Below are positions 38,330 to 51,678 of a DNA stretch of 64,000 nucleotides, piece after piece. Within the stretch, counting starts at the first letter, position 1; each line of letters begins with the position of its first letter. The DNA is from Neocallimastix sp. 'constans'. Taxonomy: Eukaryota. The notes beneath the pieces were generated by a model, which made no database searches, was not told where the DNA came from, and saw only the letters and a list, made by a program, of their open reading frames with translations. The position numbers and the translations under genes are program-made. Where the stretch lies: contig JBODTK010000111.1 of the NCBI GenBank assembly GCA_050613775.1, positions 124,001-188,000 of the forward strand, written 5' to 3'.

Positions 38330-39735
38330 ATCAAACCACAAATTAATAATATTATTTCTATCACATTTAGCATCAATTAACTTGGCTTCAATATGTAGCG
38401 TTTAATGAAGACACTGATTTCATTAGCTTTATTTATTGTTCTTTTTTTTATTTTCCAAATTCCTCTTATTTTTCTTTGATAATCATAATATGATAAATGT
38501 TCAAGTTCATTAAATTTAACTATTAATTCATAAAAAGATTGTTTTGTTGGAAATAGATTATTTAAATAATTATTGAGTGATTCTGAGGCATTATTTGTTA
38601 TGTGTTCCATATTATTATAATAATTCCAAATTTTCATATCATAATCAATTAAATATGTTTTATAAAAATATTCTAAAAATTTTAAAAATTGACAATAATT
38701 ATTTTTAATGTATTTAATTTTAATAATGACATAAATATTAAATAATCAAATATGTATTCAGGATTTATAAATGGTAAATTTGAAATAGCTTTATAATAAA
38801 TAAATATATTATTATCATTTTTTACTTCACTATAGCATATTTTATTTTTTTTTTTAATTTCTAGTGATTTTTTATAATGGCAAATGCAATATTTAATATT
38901 TGTATTAGGAAATATTGTTTTTGTTGCTTTAGATATATCCCTTTCAAAATCACAATGCAAATTTTTTGGTTCAATTATAATATTATTGTTACATATATTA
39001 GCATTTTTTTTTTTAATTTTTCAAATAATATTTTATATGTTTCTTGTTCTTTATTTTTTAATATTGCAAAAAAAAAGTATTGTAAAAACTATCTAATTCT
39101 TTAGCAAAAGTTCTTGTAATAAATATTTGATAACTAAATTTTGGGGCAATAAAAAATGTACCATCAACAAATATATCATCATTATATTCCCTAAATAATT
39201 TTAATTGAAAAGGGAATTGAAAAATTATTAAATTGGAATTTTTGAATATCATAAAATTTTCACCTTGCTTTGTTTTATAATATTCAGATTCACTAGGAAT
39301 TTCAGCAAATGTTGTTACATTGGATGGTAGTTTTTATTTAAATTTCTTGATATTTGGGAATTAATTGAATTATATTTTGGACATATAAGTCCCATTTCTT
39401 TAGAAATTTTATTATATAGGGTATTTATTTATATACTAAAAGGAATTAAATTTTTTTCAATTCCATCTTGAATTTTATGTTTCATTATAGATAGAGATAC
39501 ATCGTATTCTTTTTCAGGATTATGATTATGTGAACTATCATATTTTAAGATTTCTTTCTTACCATTTAAAATATTTACATTTATTTATTTTTTTATATTC
39601 GGTACATTTATAAACTTTGGAATTATCTTTCCTTATATATAAAAAATTAAATTTATATTTTTTTATTAATAATAATTTGCTCTTTTCCTTTGTTAGACTC
39701 ACCTACACCAATAATTAGATTTTTTTCCGTTTCTA
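38330..39735 (-). mobile_element. Degenerate Mutator-like (MULE) DDE transposase with FLYWCH-like N-terminus
   Basis: SNKGKEQ..INKKYKF..YKCTEY..C..H.H; IFVDGTF..APKFSYQIF; HCDFE...IFP....CICHY; TNNASESLN. Multiple frameshifts. Confidence 0.9.
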
Positions 39736-39946
39736 TATTTTTATAAATATTTTTTAATTATATAATTAAAATTATTATATTAATTATTCAATATTATTTA
39801 TAATAAATATTATTTATAATATTAATTTTGAAAAATAAGTGTTTTTCAATTATTTGTAAAAAAAATAAATAAATAAATAAATAAAGAATCTAATAATATA
39901 AGTACAAATATATAAAATAAAAATAAAAAGTTGAAATATAAAATAT

Positions 39947-40690
39947 AAAGTACAGATTGAATAAAAAAATAAAATAAAATAAAATAAAATAAAATAAAAT
40001 AAAATAAAATAAAATAAAATAAATAGTAGAATATTAAATATAAAGTACAGATTGAATAAAATAAAATAAAATAAAATAAAATAAAATAAAATAAAATAAA
40101 ATAAAATAAAATAAAATAAAATAAATAGTAGAATATTAAATATAAAGTACAGATTGAATAAAATAAAATAAAATAAAATAAAATAAAATAAAATAAAATA
40201 AAATAAAATAAAATAAAATAAAATAAAATAAAATAAAATAAAATAAAATAAAATAAAATAAAATAAAATAAAATAAAATAAAATAAAATAAAATAAAATA
40301 AAATAAAATAAAATAAAATAAAATAAAATAAAATAAAATAAAATAAAATAAAATAAAATAAAATAAAATAAAATAAAATAAAATAAAATAAAATAAAATA
40401 AAATAAATAGTAGAATATTAAATATAAAGTACAGATTGAATAAAATAAAATAAAATAAAATAAAATAATTATTTGAAATATAAATATAAAGTACAGATTG
40501 AATAAAATAAAATAAAATAAAATAAAATAATTATTTGAAATATAAATATAAAGTACAGATTGAATAAAATAAAATAAAATAAATTGTAAAATATTAAATA
40601 AAAAAGTACAGATTGAATAAAATAAAATAAAATAAATTGTAGAATATTAAATAAAAAAGTATAGATTGAATAAAATAAAATAAAATAAAA
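39947..40690. repeat. Compound satellite: 8 AAAGTACAGATTGAAT cores separated by variable (AAAAT)n tracts
   Basis: Cores start at 39947, 40042, 40144, 40426, 40488, 40550, 40603 and 40656 (the last has one mismatch). Confidence 0.92.
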
Positions 40691-42329
40691 TCAAAAATAT
40701 GAATAATAAATTTAAATAAATCCATGATAAGTTTTATAATAAGTAATATAATATATATATATTTCTTAATAAAGTGTATTATATGCATTTTAAATTAAGA
40801 TTATTCTTTAATATATAATCAATTTAGTTTTTATATAAAAAATAATTTAGTCTAATAATAAAATTGAATAAAAGTAAAATCGAGACGAAACAGAGTATCT
40901 AACCCATGAACTATTGGCTTTTTTTTTTTTTTTTTAGTTTTACTTTCAGTATTATAAAAATAGTTCTTAATTTTTTTCATTCAATTTCATTTTCTTTTAA
41001 AAATGAATATTTTGTTATTTTTATATCAATTGTCATAAGAAGTAATATCATTATTAATATTCTCGTTTTTAGTATGAAAAATAATAAGTGTCTCACTTTT
41101 ATAAGTCTTAAAAAAAGTAACGCAATCATCCAATGCATCGTTTAAATTAAGTTTTTCATTAATTTTCTTGAATGACCACAATTGGTACTTCACCTTTACT
41201 GTGAACAAAAGTATTTCATCTTCAACATTGAAGTATACATTTAATCAAATATTAATTAATAAATAATTTAGTTTTAATCATAATTACATAGATAAATACA
41301 TTATTTATACGTATTACTACTTAATAAATATAGTATCGATATTTTATTTTATTTATTTTATTTTATTTTTTATATAAAACAACGACATGCCCATTAGATT
41401 CAATCTATACATAAAAAATTCAATATATCTTAATAATAGAAAAAAACTTGCAATTAATAATATTAATATAGATATATAATTATAATAAAATATAAATATG
41501 TCCATCATGAATTTCAATTAATTAGAATATATAACATTATAAAATAAAAAAAAAAAATTTAAAAAATATGTAAAATATTAATTATAAAATATTTTTTTTA
41601 TACAAATAAGAATTGATGTTAAAAAAAAAGTTTTGATATATTTTAAAAACTTTCTTTGTATGAATATATAATATTATAAAGAAATATTTATATACATTAA
41701 ATATTAATTCTTTAATTTTTTTATATAAATAAAGATTTGAATATATTAGAAAAAGGTTTGATGTATCTTTATTTTTATTTTATATTTTTTTCTTTTTTAA
41801 AAAAAAAAAAAGTAATATAGTTTTGAAAGTATATATTAAATATTAGTTTATTAATTATAGCAAAAAATATAAAGAAAATACAATTAATTATTTCGATAAT
41901 ATACAATGAATATTAATTATCTTAATTCGATTATATAATATTAAAAAAAAAAATTATAAAATTTGTTTTAAATTATTAATATTAAATATTTTTTTAAAAT
42001 GATTTTCTAATACATATTATTTATTACAGATATTTACATTCCTATTTTATAAATCTCTAAGAAAAATTAAAAAAGTAATAAAAAATATAATTTATTACAT
42101 AAAAATTAAAATTTATAAAATTTTAATTTTGACAGATATAATATTCATGTAATAAATAATTCATTATTATCAAGTTATTTTTTTGAATCATGTTTTGAAG
42201 TATAACTTTTATTTATGATCCTATTTATTGTACATTATATATATATATTCATTTCAATCTTATTTATCCAATAAATTATCATAAAAATGTAGCAATATAA
42301 ATTTTTATTTATGATTGATATAGATATAA

Positions 42330-42830
42330 ATGACATGTCCTGATATTAATAATCCGCATAGTTTAAGAGAATTTTCAGAAATAATTACAAATAAATCTTT
42401 GATAAAAGAAAATGTTCATATGGAAATATATCAAGTTTTACCTGTAAGGTACGTGTACGATAAAGAATTAAATACTCTGGAAAGCTCAACTAAAGAAGAA
42501 GATCCACAATTAATGCCGCCAAATGAAAATGATGATGAAAACACAATCAATACAATGAAATATAACCCAAATAAAGATACAGTATGGACTTTTTAACACT
42601 GGTGTTTCCGAACATATTACCTGTAACAAAGATATATTAACAAATTACATGAAAGAAAAAGTACTCTTAAATGTGCAAATAATACAACTTGCGAATTTGA
42701 AGGAAGTAGAACATATGAAGGAAACCTGAATGGACATGAATTCAAACTTAAGAAAGGTATATATTCAAGTAAAATAAATATAAATCTAATAAGTAGAATC
42801 AAATTAATAAAGGAAGGACTAATATGCTAA
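42330..42830 (+). mobile_element. Ty1/Copia gag end and aspartic protease remnant
   Basis: After a frameshift at about 42592 the frame reads WTF-NTGVSEHITCNKDIL...LKCANN...EG...KLKKV...NLIS, matching the Copia W..DSGAS.H.T and NLIS pattern. Confidence 0.7.
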
Positions 42831-43560
42831 AATTACACCAAGGAAGCATAATGTATGCCTAACTCTCAAGTATAACAAGAAACAAAAGAACAAACTCTTA
42901 GAATCTTCATCCTTACCGCAGTTAAAAATTTCTACTCTATTGATATCCTTGAAGTTTATTTGCTTAGATTCGCTCCTACTCATTTTCATTGGAGAATTAG
43001 ATTCTTCTGTATACAACAATAAATTCACAATCTTACTTTGATATAGGTCATTTCCTTCATCTGAGCGGTCTAATTCTTCCATCTTCTTAATTACGTCCTA
43101 TAATTTATACTATTCCTTGACTTCTTTAAATAAATGTTTAATTCTATCCAATTTTAAATTGGAATTTACTATACAAAGTTCAAACTTTACAGGATTAATA
43201 AAAAGGTAATTTTCAATAATAGTTTCATTAAAGATAATGATATCGAAGAGTAGGTCATCTTTTTCAATTAGTCTAAACTCTGATTCAAAGGTAGTATTTC
43301 CTAAGGTTAGCGGAAGTTTATAAATCAACCCTGAGGGTGGTTCCACGTCGGATAATACTTGAACAATAGAACTTGTAACAATACCGATTGGTTCAGGGTT
43401 CTTTGGTAGTTTTTCTATTTGGACTAAAGTGAGAAAGAATCCAAGTGCACGATGAGATTCTTGGAGTAGTTTTCTAGCGTCATCTTCGGATGTAGAATAA
43501 GCCCAACAATATATGGTTTCGGCATCAGTGATTCTTGCCATTTTTATGATATTGTTCAAA
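42830..43560 (-). mobile_element. Probable Ty3/Gypsy protease and linker segment, inverted relative to the adjacent pol
   Basis: GLIYKLPLTLGNTTFESEFRLIEKDDLLFDIII resembles the C-terminal half of a retropepsin. The segment abuts the + strand RT region. Confidence 0.55.
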
Positions 43561-43569
43561 TCACCCTAA

Positions 43570-46250
43570 AGATCCAAAAATAGAAAGAAGAGAAATGATA
43601 TTAGATGAATTATGTGGAAAAGCTATTGGAATATGTGATGAAGAAATTATTAAGAAAATTTGAAAGTAATTGAAAATGTGTGATGATGTACTCGCGCTAT
43701 GCTCCGACGATTTAGCGAAATCCAAATTGCTACCTCATTCAATACAACTTAAGAATAATAGTAGACCAATAAAGCAACGCTCTTATCGATTATCCAAAGC
43801 TAAGGGTGATATATTGAAAGAACTCACCAAGCTATTAAACTAGAAGTTGATAATCCCCTCCCATTTGCCATGGCCTTCTCCCATAATATTTATACCTAAA
43901 AAGAATGGCAAGTGGAGGTTATGTATCGATTACTGTAAACTGAATGAGATGATGCTTAAGGATGCCTATGCTATACCTTATATTGAAGAAATATTATTTT
44001 CTATTGGTAGTGATATAAAAGCTATCACTACTATAGACCTTTTCTCTGGGTATCATCAGATATCGATGAATACTGACGTTATAGATAAGACTGGGTTCAC
44101 AACAATGTATGGGAATTTTAACTTTGTTGTAATTCCATATGGACTAACTAATGCTCCTGCCACCTTTCAACTGGAGATGAATCGCATATTCTTTCCATTA
44201 ATTGGTAAGTATATATTTGTGTATTTAGATGATAAAGTTATATTTTCTAATAATAAAGAATAACATTTACAAGATTTAAAATAAGTATTTAAGATTATAC
44301 GAGGGAACGGATTAAAAATTAATTTAGAAAAATGCCATTTCTTCATGGAGGAAGTGGAAGTCTTAGGTCACTTATTAACTGTGGAGGGAATCAAGCCTAC
44401 GGCAGTGAAAATAGAAGCTATTAAAAGATGGAAACAACCAACTAATTTGACAAAACTCCAATCTTTTCTTGGAACCGTTAACTACTACTGGAATTTTATT
44501 GCTAACTTTGCGAAAATGGCAAAAAGATTAAATGAATTAATGAGGAAAAATACAGTATTTGAGTGGACTAACGAATGCTAAGATGGATTTGATCGATTAA
44601 AGCAAGCTATCATTGACTATCTAGTTTTAAAGTATCCTGATTTTTCGAAACCCTTCATCATCCGAACGGATGCCTCTTATGAAGAATTTGGAGGAATGCT
44701 ATTACAGAAACACGAGAACAAAGAATTTTCCTGTTCATTTTGTAATAGGACTTTAAAAAAAGAAGAGAAAAAATAACCCATAACCAAGCTAGAAGGAACA
44801 GCATCGTACTTTAGTGTAATGAAATTTAAAAGCTACATCACAGGTAATGTATTTGAAACAGTATAATATACAGACCACAAACCATTAGTAGGAATATTTA
44901 AAAACAAGGAACCTACTGAAAGGCAACTAACCAATTGGATCTTATAATTTAGTATGTTAAAGGTAAACGTTATATATGAAGAGGGAAGAAAGAACTTCAT
45001 TGCAGATACTTTGTCTAGGTTGAATCTCAACGAGGATACGAATGAACAAATTCAGGTAGCTAGCGCAACACCCCTAATGGATCATTATATAAATAAGAAA
45101 ATAATAAGTATCGATTAAGATAAATTCCACCTGGAAGGAGAAAACCTTCGGAAGGTTATAACTGATGAGGAGAAATTGGAACTACTACAAAAGGCTCATG
45201 AAGTAGGATATGAAGGATTTCTTAAAACCTATAGCAGTTTAAAAACGGGATTATTACTGGACCAACATGACTCGTGATGTTAACTGTATAGTCAGAACTT
45301 GACCTAAATGCCACCTTTTTTGACCACGACCTTATCCTAAAGATTCAGAAAGTATTCCTACCCCTATTGAAGCTCCCTTTGTGAGAGTGAGACTCGATCT
45401 AGTTGGACCCTGGTACACTACCAGAAGAAATAATAGGTTTATAGTAGTACTAGTGGACTATTTTACAGGATGGGTTGAAGCCAGCCTATTACAAAAAAAG
45501 GAATCTTCAGATATTATTAGATTTTTAGTAAACGTATTTAGTAGACATGATATTCCGGAATTAGTATTAATCGATAATGAGGTAATTAATTTCACTGCAA
45601 ACTTTGGGATTCCTGGATCTGTGCAATGTCTATGTGTCTCCAGCGACTACCTATCATCCTGAAACAAATAGCAAAGTTGAGAATCATCCTAATAAAGAGA
45701 TTTGTAAATATTTGAGGTTATTTAATTGAAAATGAACGAGATTAGGATGAATTGTTACTAACGATACAACAATAGGCCTTGAGGACTGCCAAAAGTGAAG
45801 CTACCCGATTTTCTAGTTTCGAGTTGTTGTATGGCCGTAGAGACAAGTAACCCTTTGAACTATTAGTGAATATAGATAAGAAGTTACCACAAGAGGCACA
45901 TGAGTTATATTTAATCAGGCGATTTACAAAGTATCAGAAATGGATACAAGAAGTTATCGCAAACATTGAACGAGCCAACGCTTTGTGGAGAGGTTGCAGA
46001 CAGCAGACCAAAAGAATGAAAAATAGCTACAAAAAAGAGAGACCTCATACTTGTTCGTTATGTGAATCGGCGTAAACTAGTCCCATTTTTCTTAGGCCCA
46101 CTGCGAATAGTTAAGGTATAATTTAATACTGTATCTTTAGATGATCCGGAAACTGGAGAAATGATGGACCGTAACGTCCACAAGAAGAACATTGTACTCT
46201 ATTCTTCCAAGGACTTCAAGCGATGAAGTTCAATTTTGAGGGGGAGATCT
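43570..46250 (+). mobile_element. Degenerate Ty3/Gypsy pol (RT, RNase H, integrase) ending in a polypurine tract
   Basis: PIKQRSYR, PKKNGKWRLCIDY, DLFSGYHQI, PYGLTNAPATFQ, VYLDD, RTDAS, TDHKPL, DLVGP..VDYFTGWVEA. PPT GAGGGGGAGA at about 46238-46247. Confidence 0.95.
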
Positions 46251-46621
46251 TGGTACAAAACCCAATGAAAAATTTAAATTTAATATATAAATTATAATTA
46301 AAAAATTTTAGTAATCCAATAAAAAGATAAAATAAAAAAATATAAATTTAATTTAAATTTGAAATAAAAAGAAATAATTTTTTTTTTACAACTAATTTTT
46401 AGAAAATAGAAAAAATTGATCAAAAAATAATTTAGTTGTAAAATTGAGATCAATGAGATCTCAAAATTAAAATTACTAAAATTTAATAGAATTAATTTAA
46501 AACTTAAGTAAATCTTGTTTTTAAATTAGTGTTAAAGATAGTTATAATATTGAATATCGTTATTTCTTACTAATATCAAGATAATTAATTATAAATTGAG
46601 AATTTCTTTTGTAACATACCA
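46251..46621 (+). repeat. Candidate 3' LTR, 371 bp
   Basis: Starts 3 nt after the PPT with TGGTA and ends with TACCA (TG...CA inverted termini). I did not see a second copy in the window. Confidence 0.5.
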
Positions 46622-46735
46622 AATTTGATACTGTACCTCCATAAGTACCATAATTTAGTGAAAGTTAGATTAGAAATTATTTAATGAAATATTATAGACT
46701 AATAATTCAGTAATAATATATATAGTTAGTAACCC

Positions 46736-48680
46736 TAGTTTTGGAGGAGCCAAAATATTTACAACTTTTGATTTATTTTCTGGTTTCCATCAAATCTTAA
46801 TGGATGAAGAAAGCGTGGAAATAACCACTTTCACTACTAAGTTTGGAAATTATCAATTCAAAATTGTACCTTTCGGACTTACGGGAGCTCCTTCCACCTT
46901 CAAAAGAGAAATGAAAAAAAATTTATTCCATTTTATTGGTAAATTTGTTTATGTCATTATTGATGATATTTTAATCTATTCCAAAAGTATCGAGGAACAC
47001 TTAGTTCACATCAAACAAGTTTTAGAAGTATTCAAGAAAAATGATCCAAAAATTAATATCAAAAAGTGCCTTTTCCTACAAACTGAAGATGATGTATTAG
47101 GCCACAAACTTACTACTAAAGGATTAAGCCCCATGGAAAGCAAGGTAATAACGATTAAAAAATGGGAGGCACCTTTATCAGCCCTTGAATTAGGATCATT
47201 TCTAGGAACAATGGGATATTATAGTGACTTTATTCCTAAATATTCTAAAATCACCTCTCCCTATGCAAATTATTGAAAAAGAACGCTAAATATGAATAGA
47301 ATAAAGAACGACAAGAAAGTTTCGAACTTTTAAAAGAAAAATTAATCAATGCCCCTATTCTAAAATTCCCTTTATTTAGTAAACTTTTTATTATTATAAC
47401 TAACCTTTCGTATAATGGAATCGGTGGAGTCTTCTTACAAATAGTAGAAGAAACCGGTAAGGAACATTCAATACACTTTATAAGTATAAGTTTGAAGAAA
47501 GCAGAAAAGAATTATGGCATAATAGATTTGGAAGGAATCTCTTTATTTTGTTGTATGAACAAAATTTAAATCTTATATTGAAGGAAACCCATTACCTACA
47601 ACTATTTACACAGATCATAAACCACAAATTGGTTTATTTAAGAATAAAGAACCTTTGAACGCAAGACAGACAAGATGATGTCAAACCGCTAGCATGCTTG
47701 GAATTAGTATAATATATGAATCCGTTAAAAAGAACGTTTTAGCTGATATACTTTAAAGAATGAAAAGTAAGGAAGATCGAAAAGTCTTGATAACCAAAAT
47801 AACTAATGGAAATAATGAAGAATTGTTATCTAAAGTCATAAAAGAATTTGTCAAAGAAAAGTTTATAGTTATTGACGGAGAAGATTACTTTATTGATAAT
47901 TGAAATTACAGAAAGCTAATAACAGATGAAAATGAAAAATTCAAATTAATATTAGTAGCTCATAATATTGGCAACGAAGGATACTATAAGACATATCAAA
48001 GACTCAATAAAAATTTCTACTGGAACAATATGATTAAAGATATCAGAAGAATTGTTAGTTATTGCAAAAAGTGCCAATTAAACCTTCCTAAACCATATCC
48101 AGAACTAACTGAAAACCATCCAACCAAAGTAGAAGGTCCCTTTGTGCACTTAAGATTAAATATTATAGGACCTTTGTCAAAAATGAGAAACAATAATCAA
48201 TACATTATTGTTACAATTGATTATTTCACGAAATGGGTTGAAGCTGAATCGACTGAGAATATAACGTCCTATGATGTAATTAAATTTTAATTAACGTTTT
48301 TTCAAGACATGGTGTTCCCCAAGTTATTACAATCGATAATGGAGTCCAGTTCACCTCTGACATGAAGAAAGTCTTTCTTGATCTTTACGATGTCTTTGTA
48401 AAATTTGTAGTTACTTACCACCCTGAATTAAATGGTATTACTGAAAACAGAAATAAAGAAATTGGTAAATTGCTCCGTTTATTAGGAAAGAAAAATCATG
48501 ATTGGGATGAAGTTCTGCCCTCTGCTCTATGGGCTCTGAGAATAACTAAAAATACAATTTACAGGCCGTTGTAGCTTTGAACTAGTATATAGGAGAGATG
48601 ATTAACAGCTTTATGATATAGTAATAAGAACAATCGAAAACGCCTTTAAATCATATGACGAAATTCTCATGGAAAAATGT
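46736..48680 (+). mobile_element. Second degenerate Ty3/Gypsy pol fragment (mid-RT to integrase)
   Basis: DLFSGFHQI..PFGLTGAPSTF..VIIDD..TDHKP..CKKCQ..IDYFTKWVEA..DNG.QF..YHPELNGITE..N. Diverged from the first copy. Confidence 0.95.
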
Positions 48681-49439
48681 AATCTATCTATATTGTAATA
48701 ATTAAATTTATTATTGATTATAAAATTTAATTTAAATATATTATGAAAATAATAATAATAATAATCATTTCAACTATTGATACAAGAAAAAAGTATGAAT
48801 AATTGTAAATTTTACTAAATATTTTTTTCAAGATACAGTTTTAATAATAGTTTAAAAATAAAAATAAAAAATTTTAATTTCTTTTAATTATTTAAATTAT
48901 GTGTTATTTAGTATTATTTTTTTATAAGGTTTCCCTGAACCTTAACAAACTGTGAAATACTCTTATAATTAGCTTAATCCAATATAAGGTTGGAAGTGCC
49001 AATTACGTATTTCAAATTATTAAATGTTGTTAAAATTATATTTATATTTATAATTATAATTTTATTAATAAAATTTTCTAAACAACCATTATTTTAAAAA
49101 CCCACTGCTTATAAATTATTGCACATAAAAGTCCAGCATATCAATAATAAAATCACATGATTTAAAAGAAAAAAATAAAATACATGAAATGTTTTTTTTT
49201 TTTTTTTTTTATTTTTTATTTTTATTTTTTTTTTTTTTTTGACAGGGAAGAGAATACACTTCCATAACTTTATTAATTTTATTATAAAAAAAAATACATG
49301 TAGGTGAAAAGTACATATAAAATTAAAAATAAAAATAAAAGTTAAAAAATAAAAAAATAAAAAAGCAAAAATACTATGTATTTCGGCAAGTTGTAGTGTG
49401 TGGGAATTTTCCCTTCCTAACAAATAAAAAAGTAATAAA

Positions 49440-50410
49440 ACCTAGAAGTAACATCTTTAAAATAGATAGTGTAGTGTCCACTAAAACTCTCCCCAGATTC
49501 ATCATTTATTGAACAACTAGGGCGAGATTCACCCTTTGTGGAAATAGATGATGATCCTGTATTATCATTATGCCTTATTAGTACGACGTCGACGTTCTTG
49601 GTTAAGTTTGTTAATTTGGATTACCTATTAAATAATAGCTCAAACGAACTAATTATGATAGGTATTGGGCTAGTTAAGAATTCCGCCAAGCCCACAATTT
49701 TTGGAAAAGATGATTCAGATGAACCTTTGAAAAGTAGTTCATTTAATTGTCTCTGTTCCCCATGAAATGAAATATTATATATTATATAATTATAAAAGTG
49801 AGTTAGAAGCAATAGTTTCTAACTTTTCCCATTCATCGATGATAACACCACGTCTATTATTGCAAGTAATAATTTCAGTATTAGTGTTATCAATCGAATC
49901 TGTATCAGATCCTTCACCGAGAGATGAAAATCCATGCCTTATCATTTCGACGTCGACGCTCTTAGCAACGGTAGATTCAACGGAATACCATTTCATCATC
50001 GATCTAAAAGATCGATAAATTAAAGGTATTACGTTTGAAAGAAACTCCGCAATCCCCACAAAATACGGAATAGTCGACGAAGTTGAACTTTGTTTAAAAA
50101 TATTGTCAGCTGATTGTCTTTGTTCCCCATCATTAACTTTAATTTTTTAATATATTGAACGCCCGCCAAAAAGAGTACTCAATATAAAACGATATATATT
50201 ATTATCATAATCCTTTTCTGAATCTAAAGAAACATCCAAGGATTTTTGTTCAATTATCATCGCAAACTTCAAAAATAGATCATCTAGAAAAGGCAAAGAT
50301 TTATTTTTGTAATTTTCCAATTTTTTGCAGGCAAAGATCAGGTAAGAAAAGCTAGGTACACTAACACCAAAACATGGGCTACCATTTAGGGCAATCTTCT
50401 GAGACTATTT
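49440..50410 (-). pseudogene. Unknown GC-rich decayed ORF with an internal ~120-aa duplication
   Basis: GEQRQ....FK.SS.S..P..VG.AEFL...IP.I..SF...K.VDV..IRH occurs twice about 365 bp apart, with in-frame stops and a frameshift. Confidence 0.6.
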
Positions 50411-50752
50411 TTCTTTTAATGGAAATACTAATATCAAATTTAAAAAAATTAATATAAAATACATGTAACAATTATTATTTAGAAAAATGATTCTTTAATA
50501 AATAAAATAATATTAATAAATAAAATATATAATAATTTATTCATAATAAATTAAATATATAATGAATAATAATAAAAAAAAAAATTTTTTTCTTTTTTTT
50601 TAAAAAATTGGAAATTAAAATATTTAGTTAAAATATTTTATTATAAATGGAAGAAAATATATATATTGAAATAAGTGAAACTAATGGAGGAAAAGAACAA
50701 ATTATTATTAACAAAAATTGTAAATATAAATTTAATTTTTCCTCTTACTAAA

Positions 50753-50753
<1 letters not shown>

Positions 50754-50824
<71 letters not shown>
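50754..50824. repeat. (AAT)n microsatellite
   Basis: Directly visible; it produces the poly-Leu ORF 50641-50967. Confidence 0.95.
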
Positions 50825-51678
50825 TCTTGTATGAAGATGTACTTATTGTAAAACTTGCAACTTTCCAAAGTACAACACTCACCGTTATATGTATTTTTAT
50901 ACACATAAATAAAATTATGAATTATTAAAAAAAAAAAAAAAAAAAATAGGTCTTTTTCTTCAAACAAATATAAAGATACTAAATAAACAAAACAATGAGA
51001 TTTTTAACAATTTACTTAATTTTATTTATTTGAAACAAAAGACTATTTTTTTTTTAATTACTAAATTGCTAAATTTCCTAATAAATTTTGTATTATAAAA
51101 CTCTACACAACTCTGCACAAACATATAGAGTCAAATGAGACTCTGAATCGGTTAAAAATATCAATATTTTGTTTATTTACTAACTTAAAATTTATTGAAG
51201 CAAAAGACTTTTTCTTTTTTTAATATATAACATTTAATGATATTTATACGCATAAAATACATTTAATTGATCATACATATTTCAATATATTAAAAATATG
51301 TTTTTAATATTAATTTTAAAAGAACAAAAAAAATTTTTTAAAATTACTTGTAATATTAACTTATTAATATTATTATTGATCTTAATTATTTGTGATATAC
51401 TATTTAATATTAAAAGTTGTATTAAAATAAAAATAAAATAAAAGCATTAATTAAAATGTTAATTATATTGTAAACTAAAAATACTAATTTTCAAATATAA
51501 ATAAACAAATCACTGAGATTTTCAACATTGAAATTAGAAAATAATATATAATTTATATAATTTTTATATTTTGAAGTGGATTTATTATATGATTTTTTTA
51601 CTGATAAATTTACAGAATCACAATAGTCATTAAAAATTGAATTAAAATAATTTAATTAATTTTCATGCATTAAATAGT

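Noticed and set aside
39947..40690. Repeat-spacer array resembling CRISPR
   Set aside because: The spacers are only (AAAAT)n of variable length.
37500..40905. MULE terminal inverted repeats (GGTTAGAT at 37500 versus ATCTAACCC at about 40897-40905)
   Set aside because: Only about 8 bp plus patchy AT-rich matches, and no target-site duplication seen.
41026..41230. 60-aa ORF in slightly higher-complexity DNA
   Set aside because: No recognisable motif or splice partners.
43847..48574. RT ORFs as a retron, DGR or other novel RT system
   Set aside because: RT, RNase H and integrase order plus a PPT is ordinary Ty3/Gypsy.
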